From a virus (lineage: Duplodnaviria; Caudoviricetes): 37,189 bases of DNA. Each line of letters opens with the position of its first letter. Position 1 is the stretch's first letter. Position numbers and translations under genes: made by a program. The DNA lies in IMG/VR virus record IMGVR_UViG_3300014168_000009, positions 1-37,189 of that record. One strand, 5' to 3'. Under the pieces are notes generated by a model that had not been told where the DNA came from, made no database searches, and was given only the letters and a program-made list of their open reading frames with translations. Of this stretch, positions 34,566 to 37,189 are shown piece after piece.

Positions 34566-34742
34566 TTAGTCCATCCGCTTCCACTCGTCCATCCGGCAGT
34601 AGAGGAGGTTCTCAATGAGAGTTAACTCCTCTTCTTTGAGGACTTTCCGGATCTTGGCGCGGTTCTGGGGGCGGTCGAGCTTCTGGAGGAGGGTGGCGAG
34701 TTCTCCGGCGTGCTGGGTGGCGGCGATGTTGAAGTTGTGCAT
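34566..34742 (-). CDS. 58-aa monocistronic hypothetical protein
   Basis: Not in ORF track: MHNFNIAATQHAGELATLLQKLDRPQNRAKIRKVLKEEELTLIENLLYCRMDEWKRMD; AGGAG SD, own promoter and terminator. Confidence 0.8.
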   Translation of the reverse strand: MHNFNIAATQHAGELATLLQKLDRPQNRAKIRKVLKEEELTLIENLLYCRMDEWKRMD

Positions 34743-34782
34743 GTCTGACTCCTGTTTGGCGGGGGTTTCCCGCTCTATAATT

Positions 34783-34792
34783 ATAATACTCG
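34783..34792 (-). promoter_or_regulatory. Putative early promoter CGAG-TATTAT
   Basis: Recurring motif, followed by a GCGGG/CCCGC 5' hairpin. Confidence 0.6.
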
Positions 34793-34798
34793 ACTTCC

Positions 34799-35821
34799 CT
34801 ATGGGGTGATAAAATATTTTATCCGTCTTTCTGCAATTGTTACATACTCTGGACTTAACTCGATCCCCACCACCTCATCCCAGCCAGCCTGGATAGCGCC
34901 AACCATCTCCGACCCAGCCCCACTGTAGGGCACGAGTATGCGTCGAGGGGTGTCACGTTTGGGTGGCAGGAGTAGGGTAGCCAGATAAGTGGTGAGACTA
35001 ATGGGCTTTAGAGTTGGGTGGTTGTTATGTGCCTGATGTGGGACGCTTGGGTCATGATTTACGCTATCTAACGTCTGCATCGGAGCGGCCTGCATCCCAG
35101 CCTCTCGTTCCCTCGTGCTGACTTTGGCGGAGTAGAAATATCGACTCCAGGGCTGGTCAAAGCTCTCGTTCAAAATCAGGTTGGCTGGCCAGCGACCTAA
35201 CTGGGAAGGCTCCCATAACTCATCTTTTTCTCGATACCCAAATGCCTCGGTTCGGGGAGATTTTGAGTAGGGTTGAGACCGTAGCTCAGATGTCCAGCGT
35301 TTCCCATCTGCCGCCAGTCCTGGCAGGCAGATACCTGGAGTCCTGACTCCTCCTTGGCGCTTATCAGTAGTCGGAATCCGACTCCCATCTATATTTATAC
35401 CCGCCACCCCATATTGAGATGCGTTCTCAGCGTAGGTGCCGTGAGTAGGCCGCATGGCCAGACAGATGGGTTCCCACGCAGGCTTAAGGGCTGTCCCGTA
35501 GCCATTGCCAAGATTATGGCTCTTCGGAAAGCCACTTCCGTAAATCCACATGAGGCAATCCCGTATCAGAAAGCCCCCATCTTCAATATTGCAAATGAGT
35601 CGATGGTGAGTCCGGGTGCCTCCGAAAGCCAGCAGATGCCCCCCAGGTCTAAGGACTCTAAGACATTCCGCCCATACGGCGGAACTCGGAACTCCCTTAT
35701 CCCATTCCTTTCCCATGAAACTGATGCCATATGGGGGGTCTGAGAGCACCGCGTCGAAGCTATCAGAATCAAGTAGTGCGAGTTGCTCCAGGCAGTCTCC
35801 GGTGATTATTTTTCCGGTCAT
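34799..35821 (-). CDS. Orphan N6-adenine/N4-cytosine DNA methyltransferase (beta order)
   Basis: GDCLE, SDPPY, RVLRPGG, W.YGSGFPKS, HPT.KP, PYSGAGS, GIEL..EY...A..RI. Confidence 0.92.
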   Translation of the reverse strand: MTGKIITGDCLEQLALLDSDSFDAVLSDPPYGISFMGKEWDKGVPSSAVWAECLRVLRPGGHLLAFGGTRTHHRLICNIEDGGFLIRDCLMWIYGSGFPKSHNLGNGYGTALKPAWEPICLAMRPTHGTYAENASQYGVAGINIDGSRIPTTDKRQGGVRTPGICLPGLAADGKRWTSELRSQPYSKSPRTEAFGYREKDELWEPSQLGRWPANLILNESFDQPWSRYFYSAKVSTREREAGMQAAPMQTLDSVNHDPSVPHQAHNNHPTLKPISLTTYLATLLLPPKRDTPRRILVPYSGAGSEMVGAIQAGWDEVVGIELSPEYVTIAERRIKYFITP

Positions 35822-35895
35822 TTGGTCTCCTCTGGGCTATCCACATAGGCTAAGCCCCCTTCTAAGTCTTGCTCATAGTAGTAGTCTTCGTTCAT
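35818..35895 (-). CDS. 25-aa acidic peptide
   Basis: MNEDYYYEQDLEGGLAYVDSPEETK with ATGA overlaps at both ends. Confidence 0.5.
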   Translation of the reverse strand: MNEDYYYEQDLEGGLAYVDSPEETK

Positions 35896-36065
35896 CGGAA
35901 ACTCTCCTCAGTAGGTTTTGGCATCTCAGGCTTCGGGGCTATGGGTAGGGATATGATTACCGGCTCCCATCCCTTACCCTTTTGGTGCCAGATTTGGCCT
36001 TGCTCGTCCAGGACGTAGAGTTCCTTTCCTGGGGTGGTAAATTGGAATTGAATTATTTTAGTCAT
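35892..36065 (-). CDS. Hypothetical 57-aa protein
   Basis: GAGGAG SD before ATG 36065. Confidence 0.7.
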   Translation of the reverse strand: MTKIIQFQFTTPGKELYVLDEQGQIWHQKGKGWEPVIISLPIAPKPEMPKPTEESFR

Positions 36066-36324
36066 GGTGTTTCTCCTCGTAGGACCGGTCAAACTTTCTA
36101 AATGCTGTAATGTAGTTATCTGGGTCAAATCCTTCTCGGGCCGCATAGACCCTCAGCAAAGAGTTTAGCACCCAATCAAGTTGGCTATCAGGAAATTGAA
36201 CCCACGCCATCTGAGACTGAGGGTTCTGACCAACGATGGTGACCAAATTGTCCCTCTCCGTGATACCCATGTCAACTTCTCCTGGGTCGAGAGGACGCCA
36301 TTCGTGTAAGATACTTGAAACCAT
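36058..36324 (-). CDS. Hypothetical 88-aa protein, paralog of 429-683
   Basis: AAGGAG SD; duplicated gene. Confidence 0.85.
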   Translation of the reverse strand: MVSSILHEWRPLDPGEVDMGITERDNLVTIVGQNPQSQMAWVQFPDSQLDWVLNSLLRVYAAREGFDPDNYITAFRKFDRSYEEKHHD

Positions 36325-36366
36325 TTTTGCTCCTTGAGCATTAGGGCTGCTTAGGGCAGCGAGTCC

Positions 36367-37005
36367 TTATTCCATGCCTCGTTTTGAATCCCCCTGCACC
36401 CATCCGGCAGCGGGAGACATGCCGGTCAGCCTATCCAGCATTGGCATCCCATATTGGGCAATAAATGCCTCTTGTTCCAGGTTGGTTGTCCAGATGGTAG
36501 GCAGATTATGCTCATAGCGGTAGTTAACCACTGAGTCCAGAATCTGGTTCGTATAGGAGTCAATGCTGCCTCGCTCTCGACCAAGGTCATCCAGCACCAG
36601 CAGTGGTGAGTCCTTCAATGTTTGGACGGCGAATGGATATACTCCCTTAATAGGAGTTCCAAATCGATTAGCATCCTGATGAGCCAGCGCACAATCCGGC
36701 CAGTAAATCCAGTCAAAACGCTTAGGATTAAAATAACCGGTTTCTTCCAGAGTAGCTATTTCTTTACCATCGGCCTGACCAACCAAGTAGTCATAGCGAA
36801 TCTCATTAATATGACGGAGCCACCATGCAATCGCACAGGATTTACCAACCCCCGCTGACCCCATCATACCAAACCCACGAAGCTTATCAGTTGGTAGAGC
36901 CTCATATATCCGGGGGTCAATCTGCTCTTTTTTACTAGCTATTAATCTAGGAGTGAGTCCACACTCTACTAGTAGTTTATCAATTACTTCAGTTTTGTTT
37001 TGCAT
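36367..37005 (-). CDS. DnaC/IstB-like AAA+ ATPase (helicase loader)
   Basis: Walker A GSAGVGKS, Walker B LLVLDDLG, RY....PTIWTTN, DRL. Confidence 0.9.
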   Translation of the reverse strand: MQNKTEVIDKLLVECGLTPRLIASKKEQIDPRIYEALPTDKLRGFGMMGSAGVGKSCAIAWWLRHINEIRYDYLVGQADGKEIATLEETGYFNPKRFDWIYWPDCALAHQDANRFGTPIKGVYPFAVQTLKDSPLLVLDDLGRERGSIDSYTNQILDSVVNYRYEHNLPTIWTTNLEQEAFIAQYGMPMLDRLTGMSPAAGWVQGDSKRGME

Positions 37006-37187
37006 TATTTGCCCCCTAGACGGCTCATGAGTTGTGATTTGCCTTCTTCGTTTACCTTTGCCAACTTATCAGGTTTACCATTAGCGGTTTTCAAGGCCCT
37101 GTAGCGTCCTTCTTTCAACCATGTGGCAATGCATGGCATAAACTTGACCGTATCCTGATGCTCAGCTTGCTTCTTAGCTTCAATCAG
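37005..37187 (-). CDS. Partial CDS: C-terminus of a phage replication initiator
   Basis: Not in ORF track: ...KFMPCIATWLKEGRY...SRLGGK*, matching the 'F.P...TWL...R[WY]' initiator motif; TAATG coupling to the DnaC-like gene. Confidence 0.65.
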   Translation of the reverse strand: MIEAKKQAEHQDTVKFMPCIATWLKEGRYRALKTANGKPDKLAKVNEEGKSQLMSRLGGK

Positions 37188-37189
37188 TG

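Noticed and set aside
429-36368. End duplication as terminal repeats or a DGR template/variable pair
   Set aside because: The copies are internal and diverged. Differences are bidirectional, mostly synonymous transitions rather than adenine-specific, and no reverse transcriptase is present.

Overview
This window is most of a P22-like (podovirus-type) tailed phage or prophage genome. A + strand late operon (5743-30925) encodes putative TerS, PBSX-type TerL, portal, scaffold, major capsid, head-tail adaptor, two fibre/spike proteins sharing an N-terminal anchor, an enlarged tail-hub protein, a needle/fibre, a GNAT-like protein and three ejection proteins. It is flanked by - strand early genes (1-5437 and 31015-37189), both cut by the window edges. 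Main oddities: (1) two parallel replication modules, one with an intact DnaC/IstB-like ATPase and one with a zinc-finger DnaC-like protein lacking both Walker motifs, each followed by the same duplicated gene and RNA leader; (2) a ~560-aa, apparently multi-level nested insertion in the tail-hub protein; (3) a SpeD-like pyruvoyl decarboxylase with altered substrate residues; (4) a ~10-bp phased palindromic repeat array (candidate origin); (5) a recurring (C)GAG-TAnnAT promoter motif defining small stand-alone units, one apparently non-coding. I recognised no integrase, repressor, endolysin, tRNA or CRISPR array. All family assignments are by-eye motif recognition; no searches were run.
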